Source: Dehalococcoidia bacterium (lineage in GTDB: Bacteria > Chloroflexota > Dehalococcoidia > SM23-28-2 > RBG-16-64-32). Taken from it: DNA of 64,000 nucleotides. The translations under genes were made by a program, and so were the position numbers. The notes beneath the pieces are model-generated. The model had not been told where the DNA came from. It did not search any database and saw only the letters and a list, made by a program, of their open reading frames with translations. Below, piece after piece: positions 47,835-57,960 of this stretch. The stretch is from contig JBBEAZ010000024.1 of assembly GCA_040882565.1 (NCBI GenBank), positions 301,137-365,136 of the forward strand. Direction: 5' to 3'. The stretch's first letter is position 1; the number at the start of each line of letters is the position of its first letter.

Positions 47835-48638
47835 CTACTGGCGCTGCGCCGGGTCGGGGCGGCCGAAGCGCATCGGCGCCTCGATTAAGCGCGGTGGGCG
47901 CCCATAGATGACGGACATCGCGACGCCGTTCAGCTCTTCGTCGCGAATCAGTTGCATGACGGCCTCGGCGATCGTCGCCGGCTCGATCATCGGCATACTG
48001 TCGAGCATCGCCTCCACCTGCGCGCGCTCCTTTTGATCGAGGTCTTCGCGCACTCGGCGCACCATCGGCGTGTCGACGACACCCGGGCAGACGCAGTTCA
48101 CGCGGATGCCGTCCTCCTGCTGCAGGTAGGTCAACGACCGAGTCAGGCCGACGACGCCGTGCTTGGCCGCGGCGTAGATCGGGTCCGGCATGTAGCCCAT
48201 CAGCCCGGCGACTGAGGCCGTGCTGACGATGACGCCGCCACCGCGGCGTCGCATCGCAGGCACTTCCGCCTGGATGCCGGCGGCGACGGCCCAGAGGTCG
48301 ACGAAGAACGTGCGCTCCCAGTGTTCCGGAGGCGCATCGGGAAAGCGCGGCCTGGGCGTACCGATGCCCGCGTTGTTGTAGGCGATGTCCAAGCCGCCAA
48401 ACGTCTCCTCCGTGAACGAGACCATATGCTCGACGTCGTATCGCTTCGTGACGTCGGTGCGCACGAAGGCGGCTTGCCCACCGGCTCCCTTCACCATTCC
48501 CACGGTCTCGTTCCCGCCGTCCTCCTGAACGTCGGCGATGACCACAGAGGCCCTGGCCGCCGCGAGCGCGACCGCTGTCGCCCGGCCGATTCCCGAGCCG
48601 CCACCTGTGATCAGTGCTACCTTCCCGGCTGGGTCCAT
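47835..48638 (-). CDS. SDR-family oxidoreductase (ORF track to 48728; start at MDPAGKVALITGG)
   Basis: TGGGSGIGR, NNAG, YAAAKHG catalytic motif. Confidence 0.8.
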   Translation of the reverse strand: MDPAGKVALITGGGSGIGRATAVALAAARASVVIADVQEDGGNETVGMVKGAGGQAAFVRTDVTKRYDVEHMVSFTEETFGGLDIAYNNAGIGTPRPRFPDAPPEHWERTFFVDLWAVAAGIQAEVPAMRRRGGGVIVSTASVAGLMGYMPDPIYAAAKHGVVGLTRSLTYLQQEDGIRVNCVCPGVVDTPMVRRVREDLDQKERAQVEAMLDSMPMIEPATIAEAVMQLIRDEELNGVAMSVIYGRPPRLIEAPMRFGRPDPAQRQ

Positions 48639-48794
48639 GATTCGCTCCTCCTGCGCCGGTAGTCTGTGGCAATCGGGCGCGTCCTGCAACCCGGTGCACA
48701 TCGCCCCGCGGATACCTCCACAGCGCACGACAGAAGTTGTAGACTATGCGCCAAGCCCATCGCTCGGCGTGCGGCACGCCTGGAAGGGGGAACG

Positions 48795-49955
48795 ATGAGC
48801 ATCAGACTAGGCATCGTCGGCTCGCGGTTCGTCGCGAGCGCGCACGCAGAGGGGCTACGCCACGTGCCCGGTGTAGAGTTGGTTGCCGCCTGCTCGCCGA
48901 ACCCGGAGCACGTCTGGGACTTCCACAAGCGCTTCGGCATCGAGCATGCCTTCGCCGACTACAAGGACATGCTCGCCAGCGGCTTCATGGACGCGATCAC
49001 TGTCGCCTGTCCCAACGACCTGCACGCCGAGATCGCGATCGCCGCGGCCGAGGCCGGCAAGCACGTCTTCGTCGACAAACCGCTCGCCATGAACCTCGGC
49101 GAGTGCGATCGCATGATCGAGGCCTGCCAGAAGGCGGGCGTCATCCTGATGTACGGCGAGAACCTCTGCTTCGCTCCCAAGTATGTGCGGGCCAAGCAGC
49201 TCGCGGACGAAGGGGCGCTGGGGGACGTCTACTACGTACGGCAGGTTGAATGCCACTACGGCCCGCATGCCGACTGGTTCTGGGACGTCAACCGCTCCGG
49301 CGGCGGTGTCCTGATGGACATGGGCTGCCACTCGATCGCCTACTGCCGCTGGGTCTTCGGCAATGCGCCGGTCGAGTCCGTCTCAGCCGAGGCCGCAAAC
49401 TTCGTGCACAAAGGCCGGACAAAGGGCGACGACCACGCGATCGTCACGATGCGTTTCGCCCCCAGCGAGAAGCATCCGCGCGGCGGGCTCGGTGTCGCCG
49501 AGAACTCGTGGGCGCGCATCGGCGGCCTCGACGACCGCGCCGAAATCTACGGCTCGAAAGGCCTGACCGTCGCCGACATCGCCCGCGGCAGCGCCCTCCA
49601 CACCTACAGCGCCGAGGGCTATGGCTACGCCGGCGAGAAGGCGGAATGGACACGAGGCTGGACCTGGACGAGCTTCGACGAGGCGTGGAACTACGGCTTC
49701 CCCCAGGAAATGGCGCACTTCGCCCGCTGCATCGAGACCGGCGAGTCGCCGATGCTGACCGGCGAAGACGGCCGCGCGGTGCTCGAGATCATCTGCGCGG
49801 CGTATCTATCCGCGCGCACGGGCGAGCGGGTGAAGTTGCCGCTTGCGACCAACGCCCGCAAGCCGATCGACCTCTGGCTGAAGGGCGAACCGTCCACGCC
49901 GAATTTGAAGGCCGAGGCGCCCGCTCCGGATGCTGAATCGGCGTCACCTAAGTAA
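48795..49955 (+). CDS. Gfo/Idh/MocA-family oxidoreductase
   Basis: N-terminal Rossmann IVGSRFVA..., EKP motif (FVDKPLA), C-terminal alpha/beta domain; AAGGGGGA RBS. Confidence 0.85.
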   Translation: MSIRLGIVGSRFVASAHAEGLRHVPGVELVAACSPNPEHVWDFHKRFGIEHAFADYKDMLASGFMDAITVACPNDLHAEIAIAAAEAGKHVFVDKPLAMNLGECDRMIEACQKAGVILMYGENLCFAPKYVRAKQLADEGALGDVYYVRQVECHYGPHADWFWDVNRSGGGVLMDMGCHSIAYCRWVFGNAPVESVSAEAANFVHKGRTKGDDHAIVTMRFAPSEKHPRGGLGVAENSWARIGGLDDRAEIYGSKGLTVADIARGSALHTYSAEGYGYAGEKAEWTRGWTWTSFDEAWNYGFPQEMAHFARCIETGESPMLTGEDGRAVLEIICAAYLSARTGERVKLPLATNARKPIDLWLKGEPSTPNLKAEAPAPDAESASPK

Positions 49956-50040
49956 CATACTGACCGTTCAGTCACTTGTTGACTTCCCCACCTCTTAGTG
50001 CCATTATTTGGCCCGACATCGAATCCCAGGAGGTCCCCTC

Positions 50041-51294
50041 ATGAAGTTCGGCCTGTTTTACGAGCACCAGATCCCCCGCCCGCGCGACCAGGAGCAGTGG
50101 GACCCTGACGCCGAACACCAGATGATGAAGAACGCCCTCGACCAGATCGAGCTGGCGGACCAACTCGGTTTCGACTACGTCTTCGAGGTCGAGCACCACT
50201 TCCTCGAAGAGTACTCGCACTCTTCCGCGCCCGAGGTCTTCCTCGCGGCGGCCAGCCAGCGCACGAAGAACATCCGCCTGGGCCACGGCATCGTCCTCAT
50301 GCCGCCCCGCTACAACCACCCCGCCCGCGTCGCTGAGCGCATCGCCACGCTCGACCTCGTCTCCGACGGCCGCGTCGAGTTCGGCACGGGCGAATCCGGC
50401 TCCGAGATGGAGATGGGCGGTTTCGGCGTGCAGCGCGAGGACAAGAAGCAGATGTGGGAAGAGGCGACGCGCGAAGTCGTCAAGATGATGACCGAAACGC
50501 CGTACCCCGGCATGGAAGGCGCCTACTTCGGCATGCCTTCGCGCAACGTCGTACCCAAGCCGCTGCAGAAGCCGCACCCGCCGCTCTGGGTCGCCTCCTC
50601 GCGCCGCGAGACGACGATGGTCGGCGCCCGCCTCGGCATGGGTTCTCTGGGCTTCGCCTTCGAGACGCCGACAGAGGCCGAAGAGCGCGCCGAGGAGTAC
50701 TACCGCCTCGTCCGCGAAGAGTGCTATCCGATTGGCAAGGCGATCAACCCGGCGCTCGGCGTCGTCTCCGTCCTTTCCTGCTTCGACAGCGACGAAGAGG
50801 CGATCGAGAAGGGCATGGAGGGCGCGCAGTTCTTCGCTTACTCCCTCGCCTACTTTTACAACCCCTTCACCGGCGGCAACCACGCGCCGGGCAAGAAGAA
50901 CATCTACAAGCAGTTCGCCGATGCCCCGGAAGATCAGCGCTGGGGCCCGTTCGGCGACGCCTTCCGCGGTTTCGGTGGCTTCGGCGGTGGCGGTTCGGGC
51001 GACGAGCCGAAGGACGAGGTCACGCGCGCTCTCTGGCGCGCCGCTCAGCGTGGCGGCTGCATCGGCTCGCCGGACTTCATCAAGGACACGCTCCGCCAGT
51101 ACGAGGCATCACACCTCGACCTGATGATCTTCGTCGCCCAGTGCGGCGCCCGCAAGCACGACGACGTCATGGACTCGATCTACCGCACCGGCACGAAAGT
51201 CATCCCCGAGTTCAAGGAACGCCACGCAGAGCACCAGAAGTGGCGCGCCCGCCAGCTCGAGGGCGTCGAGCACCTGGTGAATTCGACGATCTAG
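50041..51294 (+). CDS. LLM-class (luciferase-like) flavin-dependent oxidoreductase; ORF track from 50008
   Basis: MKFGLFYEHQ start after GGAGG; TIM-barrel LLM pattern. Confidence 0.8.
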   Translation: MKFGLFYEHQIPRPRDQEQWDPDAEHQMMKNALDQIELADQLGFDYVFEVEHHFLEEYSHSSAPEVFLAAASQRTKNIRLGHGIVLMPPRYNHPARVAERIATLDLVSDGRVEFGTGESGSEMEMGGFGVQREDKKQMWEEATREVVKMMTETPYPGMEGAYFGMPSRNVVPKPLQKPHPPLWVASSRRETTMVGARLGMGSLGFAFETPTEAEERAEEYYRLVREECYPIGKAINPALGVVSVLSCFDSDEEAIEKGMEGAQFFAYSLAYFYNPFTGGNHAPGKKNIYKQFADAPEDQRWGPFGDAFRGFGGFGGGGSGDEPKDEVTRALWRAAQRGGCIGSPDFIKDTLRQYEASHLDLMIFVAQCGARKHDDVMDSIYRTGTKVIPEFKERHAEHQKWRARQLEGVEHLVNSTI

Positions 51295-51320
51295 AGGGCA
51301 GGCGCGAAAGTGGAGCAGAG

Positions 51321-51647
51321 TTGGCCTCAAAAGTAGACCGCATACAGGACGAGAGCCTGCGCACGGCGCTGCAGGACGCCCAGACTGCGCTCCGCACGGG
51401 CGACTACAAGAAGGTCGTCGAGTTGGCTTCAGGCGCCTACGTAGAGCTGCTGCGCCGCAAGCCCGAACTGCTGCAGGGCCAGGCGCAGTTCATGAGCGTG
51501 ATGTTTTTCCCGCGCCTCGGCGCCCATCTCGTCGTCAACACCAACGGCGTGCCGGAGATCGTCTGGGACCGCGAGAAGTTCATCTTCTCGGAGGCGATCA
51601 CTTACTACGAATACACAGTCGACAACCTGATCAAGAACAAACTCTAG
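51321..51647 (+). CDS. possible small protein (108 aa, TTG start after GGAG)
   Basis: In-frame tail of track ORF 50454..51647 beyond the LLM stop; lower-GC 3' end; no family recognised. Confidence 0.25.
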   Translation: MASKVDRIQDESLRTALQDAQTALRTGDYKKVVELASGAYVELLRRKPELLQGQAQFMSVMFFPRLGAHLVVNTNGVPEIVWDREKFIFSEAITYYEYTVDNLIKNKL

Positions 51648-51679
51648 CCGACAATGGGTGCGGGGTAACCGCAGCGGAG

Positions 51680-51988
51680 TTAGCCCGAGACGATCTCGCT
51701 GATCTGGACCTCGGGCCGCGCGTCCGTGTAGTTCGGCGTATCGGCCATGAACTCCGCCGCGTGAGGCGCGAACGCCTGCACGAACTCCGGCACTGAGTTG
51801 AAGTACATGTGGCCGACCGCCATGTAGGGCGCCGGCGACCCGGGCGCCGCGCCTGCCACGCCCTTGTCGACCTCAAACCGGATCATCGCCGGTCCCGCCT
51901 TCTCCGCCACCATCTTCATGTGATTGTTGATGTAATAGTCCTGGTCGAACTTGCCGCCGTTGGGGTACAGGATTGAAACACGGATCAT
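51680..51988 (-). CDS. EthD-family / dimeric alpha-beta barrel protein (ORF track to 52102 with TTG; likely start MIRVSILYP)
   Basis: about 100 aa matching EthD-like pattern (VSILYP..YY...HM); the longer ORF would overlap the MBL gene. Confidence 0.5.
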   Translation of the reverse strand: MIRVSILYPNGGKFDQDYYINNHMKMVAEKAGPAMIRFEVDKGVAGAAPGSPAPYMAVGHMYFNSVPEFVQAFAPHAAEFMADTPNYTDARPEVQISEIVSG

Positions 51989-52007
51989 CTGGGGCACCTC
52001 CTGCTCG

Positions 52008-52724
52008 CTATTTTGCCATCTTTTCAACGTAGCGTTTGAATTCCGCGTGCGCCTTGCCCTTGACAACTCCGCCGTGACCGAAGCAGGCCGTGTCGAACTC
52101 AAGCTCGGCCAGCTTGCGCATGCTCTTCCGCGCCTCCGCCATGTCCTCGGTGAAGATCAGCGCCGGCTTGCCGAGCCGGCCGAACATGTGCCCGCCGGCG
52201 TCGCCCGCGAAGAGCACGCCGCCATGGCCCTCGATCAAGAACGAGACGTGACCCATCGTGTGCCCGGGTGTATGGATCACCCGCACGCCACCGGCGATCG
52301 GCAGTTCGTCGCCGTCGTTGATCATTTGATCGGGCGTCACCGGCACGGGGTTGTTCTGGGGCAGGCGCGCTATGATCGGCCCGAGCACGCGTCCAGCGAT
52401 GCTGCCGGGGTTCGGGTCAGGGCGCTTCTGGTCGCCGGCGACGATCGGGGCGTCCAGCGGGTGGACGTATGTCGTCGCGCCGCCGGCCTGATTGAGCGCC
52501 GCCAGGCTGCCGACGTGGTCCGCGTGATGGTGCGTAACTAACACGTGGCTCAGGTCGCCCGGCTTGCGCCCGATCTCCGTAATCGCCTTCCAGAAGCGCC
52601 GGTCGTTCCCGGGCAGCCCGGCGTCGACGAGCGTCAACCCACCCTCCTCGGCCATCATGTAGGCGTTCACGTATCCCAGAGGGACGTGGTAGATGAACGG
52701 GAAGATCTCTTGGACCGCTGCCAC
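52008..52724 (-). CDS. MBL-fold metallo-hydrolase
   Basis: HHHADH metal-binding motif plus downstream His/Asp ligands. Confidence 0.8.
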   Translation of the reverse strand: MAAVQEIFPFIYHVPLGYVNAYMMAEEGGLTLVDAGLPGNDRRFWKAITEIGRKPGDLSHVLVTHHHADHVGSLAALNQAGGATTYVHPLDAPIVAGDQKRPDPNPGSIAGRVLGPIIARLPQNNPVPVTPDQMINDGDELPIAGGVRVIHTPGHTMGHVSFLIEGHGGVLFAGDAGGHMFGRLGKPALIFTEDMAEARKSMRKLAELEFDTACFGHGGVVKGKAHAEFKRYVEKMAK

Positions 52725-54229
52725 TACGCCTTCCCTCGCCGCAGCAGCCGACCGGCGTGCCTTTCCGCCTGCTCCTTGCCTTCCCCGGCTACCGTGCCGT
52801 TGACGACCACGTAGTCAACACCTGTCGGGTAATGGCGCGGCTCCTGGTATGTGGCCACGTCGGCGATCGTGTCCGAGTTGAATACGACGATGTCTGCGAA
52901 CCAGCCCTCGCGCAGCGTGCCGCGCTCCGCCAACTGGAAGCGCCCCGCCGGCAGCGAGGTCATCTTGCGCACGCCCTCCTCCAGCGAGAATAGGCGCTCC
53001 TGACGGACGTAGGTCTGGAGAACGCGCGGGAAGGTGCCGTAGAGGCGCGGGTGCGGCTTGCCGGTCGGCGTCGGGATGCCGTCCGAGCCGATCATGCACA
53101 TCGGGTGGGCGATGACCCGGCGAACGTCGTCCTCGTGCATCGAGAAGAAAATCGCGACAGCAAGCGGCTCCTCGGACAGTACCCGCGCGACGATTTCCTC
53201 GCCATCAGTAACCCCAATCATCTCGCCGATCTCAGTGAGGGTCTTGCCTTCGTACTCGCGATGATTCTGGGTCGAGGCGACGACAATGGTGTCGGGGTCA
53301 ATCTCACGACGCACGCCTCGGGCTGCTGAGAGGACTGTGCTGCCGGCCGTGTACGGATAGACATCGAAGGTGACGTCGAGGCCGGAGTCGCGTGCGTCTT
53401 CGATCATGCGAATGGAGTCGGCCGTTTTGCCCCAGACCGACGGCGCTGCGGCCTTGTGGTGCGAGATCTCGACCGGCAAACCGGCGTCGCGCCCGATTGT
53501 GATCGCCTCTTCGACCGCGGACAGCAAGTTCTCTGCCTCGTTACGAATGTGGCTCATGTAGATGCCCCCGCTACGCGCCGCCACCGCCGAGAGTGCGACG
53601 ATCTCGTCGGTCTGGGCGAAGGTGCCGGGTGGGTAGATGAGACCTGTCGAGAGGCCGAGAGCGCCTGCGGCCATGCCTTCGTCGATGTCGGCCTGCATGG
53701 CGGCGAGTTCGGCGGCGTCGGGTGGGCGCCGGTCCATGCCCATGTGGACGTAGCGAACCGCACCGTGGGGGACGAAGCAGCCGATGTTGATCGCGGGCTT
53801 GTGCGCCTCGACGGCGGCCATGTACTCGCCAAAGCTCTGCCATTTGACGTCGGGCAAAGCGCCCATGATCAGCTCCGTGCTGGGCACCGGCTGTCCGTCA
53901 CGCAGCGGTGCAACGCCGGCTCCGCAGTTGCCGACAATGTCCGTCGTCACACCCTGCAGCAGCTTGAAGTCGAGGGGCGTCGAGAGCGCCGCCGCGTCAT
54001 CGTGCGCATGCACGTCGACGAAACCTGGCGAGACTACGCGGCCCGTGGCGTCGATCACGCGCGCCGCGGTCGCCCCGTCCAGCGCGCCAACAGCGGCAAT
54101 CCGGTCGCCGCGGACGCCGACGTCCGCCTTCACACGCAGCGCGCCGGTGCCGTCGACGACGGTCCCGCCGCGGATCAGCAGGTCGTAGGGTTCGTCGGGC
54201 ATAGCGTCGAGCAACGTATCGCGAGTCAC
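52724..54229 (-). CDS. N-acyl-D-amino-acid deacylase (D-aminoacylase) family amidohydrolase
   Basis: GFVDVHAHDD metal-binding start of amidohydrolase barrel, 501 aa typical of D-aminoacylases. Confidence 0.8.
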   Translation of the reverse strand: MTRDTLLDAMPDEPYDLLIRGGTVVDGTGALRVKADVGVRGDRIAAVGALDGATAARVIDATGRVVSPGFVDVHAHDDAAALSTPLDFKLLQGVTTDIVGNCGAGVAPLRDGQPVPSTELIMGALPDVKWQSFGEYMAAVEAHKPAINIGCFVPHGAVRYVHMGMDRRPPDAAELAAMQADIDEGMAAGALGLSTGLIYPPGTFAQTDEIVALSAVAARSGGIYMSHIRNEAENLLSAVEEAITIGRDAGLPVEISHHKAAAPSVWGKTADSIRMIEDARDSGLDVTFDVYPYTAGSTVLSAARGVRREIDPDTIVVASTQNHREYEGKTLTEIGEMIGVTDGEEIVARVLSEEPLAVAIFFSMHEDDVRRVIAHPMCMIGSDGIPTPTGKPHPRLYGTFPRVLQTYVRQERLFSLEEGVRKMTSLPAGRFQLAERGTLREGWFADIVVFNSDTIADVATYQEPRHYPTGVDYVVVNGTVAGEGKEQAERHAGRLLRRGKA

Positions 54230-54245
54230 GCAACCTCGTCAACAA

Positions 54246-56573
54246 GTGACACTTCCCTATTGCTTGCGTCCCGGCGCGTCCCGCACCATGCTGGCCATGT
54301 TGTACGTACCTGAGAACCCAACCCACGCCGCCCCACCCAACGGCGCCGTCCGCGACGCCGCCCTCGTCGAGGTCACACCCGATCTGTCGCTGGTCTTGCA
54401 CAAGTACTTCGGTTTCGCCGAGTTCCGCCCGCTGCAAGAACAAGTCATCGACGACTGCCTCTCCGGTCGCGACGTAATCGCGTTGATGCCGACCGGAGGC
54501 GGCAAGTCGCTGTGTTACCAGCTACCGGCGCTTGTGCGACCAGGCCTGACCGTCGTCGTCTCGCCATTGATCGCCCTGATGAAGGACCAGGTCGATTTCC
54601 TGAAGCGGCGGGGGATCCCCGCCGCGCTGATCAACTCGACGCTGCCGCCCGACCGCCTGCAGGAAGTAGTCGCCGGGCTCGATCGGGGCGACTACCGGTT
54701 GCTCTACGTCGCGCCGGAGCGGCTGATGCAGCCGGCGTTCCTCGACCGGCTCGCCCGCTGGAACGTGGCGATGGTGGCGATAGACGAGGCTCACTGCATC
54801 AGCGACTGGGGCCACGACTTCCGGCCCGAGTACCGAATGCTGGCGGAGTTGCGGCTGCGTTTCCCCGAGACGCCGCTGATGGCGCTCACGGCCACGGCGA
54901 CCGACCGCGTGCGGGCCGACATCATCACGCAGCTTGGCCTGCGCGACCCCGGCGTGTACGTCGCCAGCTTCAACCGCCCAAACCTGCGCTACTACATCGA
55001 GCCCAAGCGGGCGCCGTACAATCGCCTGCTGACGTTCTTGCGCGAGCGCGAAGCGCAGGCCGGCATCGTCTACTGTGGCACGCGCAAAGCGACGGAAGGG
55101 CTGGCGGCGCGGCTGAAGGCGGACGGCATCGCGGCACTTCCCTATCACGCCGGGCTGGAACCGCGCCAACGCAGCCGCCACCAGGACCTGTTCCTGCGCG
55201 ACGAGGTGCGGGTTATCTGCGCGACGATCGCCTTCGGAATGGGCATCGACAAGGCGAACATCCGCTTCGTCGTGCACTACGCGCTACCAAAGAACATCGA
55301 GGGGTTCTACCAGGAGACAGGGCGCGCGGGCCGCGACGGCGACCCGGCGGACTGCCTGATGCTCTTCGGCGCCCAGGACCAGCAGATGCAGGAGTACTTC
55401 ATCAGCGAGCTGACCGACGCCCGCCAGCGCGAGATCGCGCGCGAGATGCTCGAGCGACTCGTCGACTTCGCCGGCTCACCGAACTGCCGCCGCAAGGAGC
55501 TACTGGCGTACTTCGGCGAGCATTTCCCCGGCGACAACTGCGGAGGGTGCGACAACTGCACGAAACCATTGAATGCGGCGCAGAGTCCGAGGGCTGAGCG
55601 GAGGGAACCCGAGTCGGCCCCTGTGGGCCCCGAGCAAGACCTCACGCTGGAGGCTCGCCGGTTCCTCGGCTGCCTTGCGCAGATCCAGAAAGCGAGCGGC
55701 TTCAGCGTTGGCGCCGGGCACGTTGCGGACGTGCTGACGCAGAGCGAGTCCGAGAAGGTGCGCCGCTGGGGCCACGACCAACTCACCGCGTACGGAGGCG
55801 GGCGCTCGCGTTCGAAGAAGGACTGGGCGGAGATCGCGAAGCGCCTGATCGAGGACGGCCACCTGGCGCGCAGCCAAGAGCGACTACCGGTGCTTACGAT
55901 CACGGCCAGTGGTCGGGAGGTCCTGGCCGGCAACGCGACGTGGACCGCCGCGCTGCCACTGCCGCCGGCCCCGGCCGCGGGCGATTGCGACACCGTCCTG
56001 TTCGAGCGGCTCCGAGCCCTGCGCAAGCGTCTCGCCGAGGAGCGCAGCGCTCCCGCGTTCGTCATCTTCAGCGACGTGGCGCTGGCACAAATGGCACGCG
56101 AATACCCCGCGGCCCCCGAAGCGTTCGTGCGCATCGCCGGCGTCGGCCAGGCGAAGCTCGCCGAGTTCGGCGCGTTGTTCATGAGCGAGATAGAGGCGCA
56201 CCTGGCCGACAATCCACGGCTCGAGTTCGACGGCGCGCCGATCGCCTTCGTGCCGAAGGAACTCGGCGACTCGGAGTGGGACACATTGCGCCGGTTCCGC
56301 GAAGGTGAATCGCTCGAGGAGATCGCAGCCCAGCGTGAAATCAAAGCAAGCACCGTGCTCGGCCACCTTGGGCGCGCGGTCGACCTGGGCGAAGAGATGG
56401 ACCACCGCCGCCTCGTGACCGAAGAAGACGAGCGCGCGGTCATCGCCGCGTTCGGCGAGATGGGCTGGGCGAACCTGACGGGTGTCCACGAGCAGTTGGG
56501 CGGCCGCATCGACTTTGGTGTGCTGCGCATCGTGCGCACTGTTCAGCAGCGCGCATCGCGCGTGCTAACCTGA
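54246..56573 (+). CDS. recQ: ATP-dependent DNA helicase RecQ with HRDC and extra C-terminal winged-helix (HTH_40-like) domain
   Basis: MPTGGGKS Walker A, DEAH, RQC zinc cysteines (CRRKELLAYFGE..CGGCDNC), HRDC (FVIFSDVALAQMA), then about 120-aa C-terminal extension. Confidence 0.9.
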   Translation: MTLPYCLRPGASRTMLAMLYVPENPTHAAPPNGAVRDAALVEVTPDLSLVLHKYFGFAEFRPLQEQVIDDCLSGRDVIALMPTGGGKSLCYQLPALVRPGLTVVVSPLIALMKDQVDFLKRRGIPAALINSTLPPDRLQEVVAGLDRGDYRLLYVAPERLMQPAFLDRLARWNVAMVAIDEAHCISDWGHDFRPEYRMLAELRLRFPETPLMALTATATDRVRADIITQLGLRDPGVYVASFNRPNLRYYIEPKRAPYNRLLTFLREREAQAGIVYCGTRKATEGLAARLKADGIAALPYHAGLEPRQRSRHQDLFLRDEVRVICATIAFGMGIDKANIRFVVHYALPKNIEGFYQETGRAGRDGDPADCLMLFGAQDQQMQEYFISELTDARQREIAREMLERLVDFAGSPNCRRKELLAYFGEHFPGDNCGGCDNCTKPLNAAQSPRAERREPESAPVGPEQDLTLEARRFLGCLAQIQKASGFSVGAGHVADVLTQSESEKVRRWGHDQLTAYGGGRSRSKKDWAEIAKRLIEDGHLARSQERLPVLTITASGREVLAGNATWTAALPLPPAPAAGDCDTVLFERLRALRKRLAEERSAPAFVIFSDVALAQMAREYPAAPEAFVRIAGVGQAKLAEFGALFMSEIEAHLADNPRLEFDGAPIAFVPKELGDSEWDTLRRFREGESLEEIAAQREIKASTVLGHLGRAVDLGEEMDHRRLVTEEDERAVIAAFGEMGWANLTGVHEQLGGRIDFGVLRIVRTVQQRASRVLT

Positions 56574-56577
56574 CGCC

Positions 56578-57615
56578 GTGCTCTACATCCTCTACGGCTC
56601 GGATCCAGTCGCGCGCAGGGAGGCGTTCGGCAAGCTAAAGGCGGGGCTCGACACCGACGGCGGCCTCGCCACCAACACCACGCACCTCGAGGCCGCCAAG
56701 ACCTCGCCGCAGGAAGTGATCGCCGCCTGCGACACGGTGCCATTCCTCGGCGAGCACCGCCTGGTCATCGTCGAGGGGCTACTCACCTGGGCGAGCAAAC
56801 GCGCCAAGAAGACCGCCAAGGACGCCAAAGATGGGCAAGACGAAGAAGGCGAAGAGGAGGAGGCGCAGCCCGACCCGGGTCGCTGGGAGCTACTCCTTGC
56901 ATACATCCCGAACATGCCGCCGTCGACGACGCTCTTGCTACTCGACGACGGCGTTCCCGCGACGACCGCGCTTCTCAAGAAGCTGACGCCGCTTGGCGAC
57001 GTCAAGCGGTTCAGCGCGCCGGGCGAGAAGGAGACAGCGGGCTGGGTGAGGGACTACGCCAGGGCGAACGGCTTCAAGATCGACGGCGCGGCCTGCAACC
57101 TGCTTGGTGAACTGATCGGCCCTGACACGCGCGCGCTCGTTTCGGAGCTGGACAAGCTCGCAGCATACGCGGGCACCGACACCGTCCGCGTGGACGACGT
57201 GCGGGAATTGGTCGGCCGGGCGAAAGAGCAGAAGGGGTATTTCCTGGCGGAGGCGGTCGTGAAAGGCAGGGGCGTCGAGGCCGCCAAACTCCTGCAGGAG
57301 CTGATCGACGACGGTCAGGTACCGCCTGTGCTGCTGTCGACAATCGCCGGGCGCTACCGCCGCATCGCTATCGCCAAGGACATGATGGAACGCCGCTCGG
57401 GGACCGCCGAAATTGCCCGCCGCCTCGCCACTACCGAGACTGCCGTCCGCTTCCTGATGGAGGCCGCCGAACACGTCTCGTGGGCGGCGATCCGGCGCGC
57501 CTACGACCGGTTCATCGAGGCCGAACTCGACCTCAAGCACGGCCTAATGGACGACCGCACCGCGCTCGAGCTGGCGGTACAGGAACTCGCGCTGCGCCCC
57601 GGCCGCGCGGCGTAA
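56578..57615 (+). CDS. holA: DNA polymerase III subunit delta (GTG start)
   Basis: 345 aa, delta-subunit N-terminal pattern MLYILYGSD and C-terminal helical domain. Confidence 0.75.
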   Translation: MLYILYGSDPVARREAFGKLKAGLDTDGGLATNTTHLEAAKTSPQEVIAACDTVPFLGEHRLVIVEGLLTWASKRAKKTAKDAKDGQDEEGEEEEAQPDPGRWELLLAYIPNMPPSTTLLLLDDGVPATTALLKKLTPLGDVKRFSAPGEKETAGWVRDYARANGFKIDGAACNLLGELIGPDTRALVSELDKLAAYAGTDTVRVDDVRELVGRAKEQKGYFLAEAVVKGRGVEAAKLLQELIDDGQVPPVLLSTIAGRYRRIAIAKDMMERRSGTAEIARRLATTETAVRFLMEAAEHVSWAAIRRAYDRFIEAELDLKHGLMDDRTALELAVQELALRPGRAA

Positions 57616-57660
57616 TCGCGCCCACGCGTGCGCTGAGACGTCCCGGCGCACCCGGCTATT

Positions 57661-57939
57661 TCACTGCGAAGCGCACGCTTCGTAGATCGCCTCAACCGGT
57701 ATGAAGCGGATGCTGATGCGGTCGCCGTCTTGCGGAACGTAGTTCGCTGGCACTATCCGGGCAAGTTCAGCAGGCTCGGGCGAATCGCATGGCCGTGGGC
57801 CATTGACGAACACGACGAGCATGCCCAGCCTTCCGTCACTAGGGACCGGATCACCGTTCTCGTAGGTGTCGTTGCTCCCTGGCATCCGCAGAGACGTATT
57901 GGTCAGTTCGCCGCCCGCGTAGTCGAAGTAGCGAGCCAA
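57661..57939 (-). CDS. small ORF in frame with, and 21 nt downstream of, the stop codon of the LuxR-type membrane protein
   Basis: TTG-initiated 92-aa ORF; same reading frame as the upstream gene, separated by a single TAA. Confidence 0.3.
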   Translation of the reverse strand: MARYFDYAGGELTNTSLRMPGSNDTYENGDPVPSDGRLGMLVVFVNGPRPCDSPEPAELARIVPANYVPQDGDRISIRFIPVEAIYEACASQ

Positions 57940-57960
57940 CGACGCTCCGGCGTCCTCTTC

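Noticed and set aside
51680-52102. Full-length 140-aa version of the EthD-like ORF starting at TTG 52102
   Set aside because: Would overlap the MBL hydrolase gene by about 95 nt; an internal ATG (MIRVSILYP) gives a family-typical length, so the shorter form is preferred
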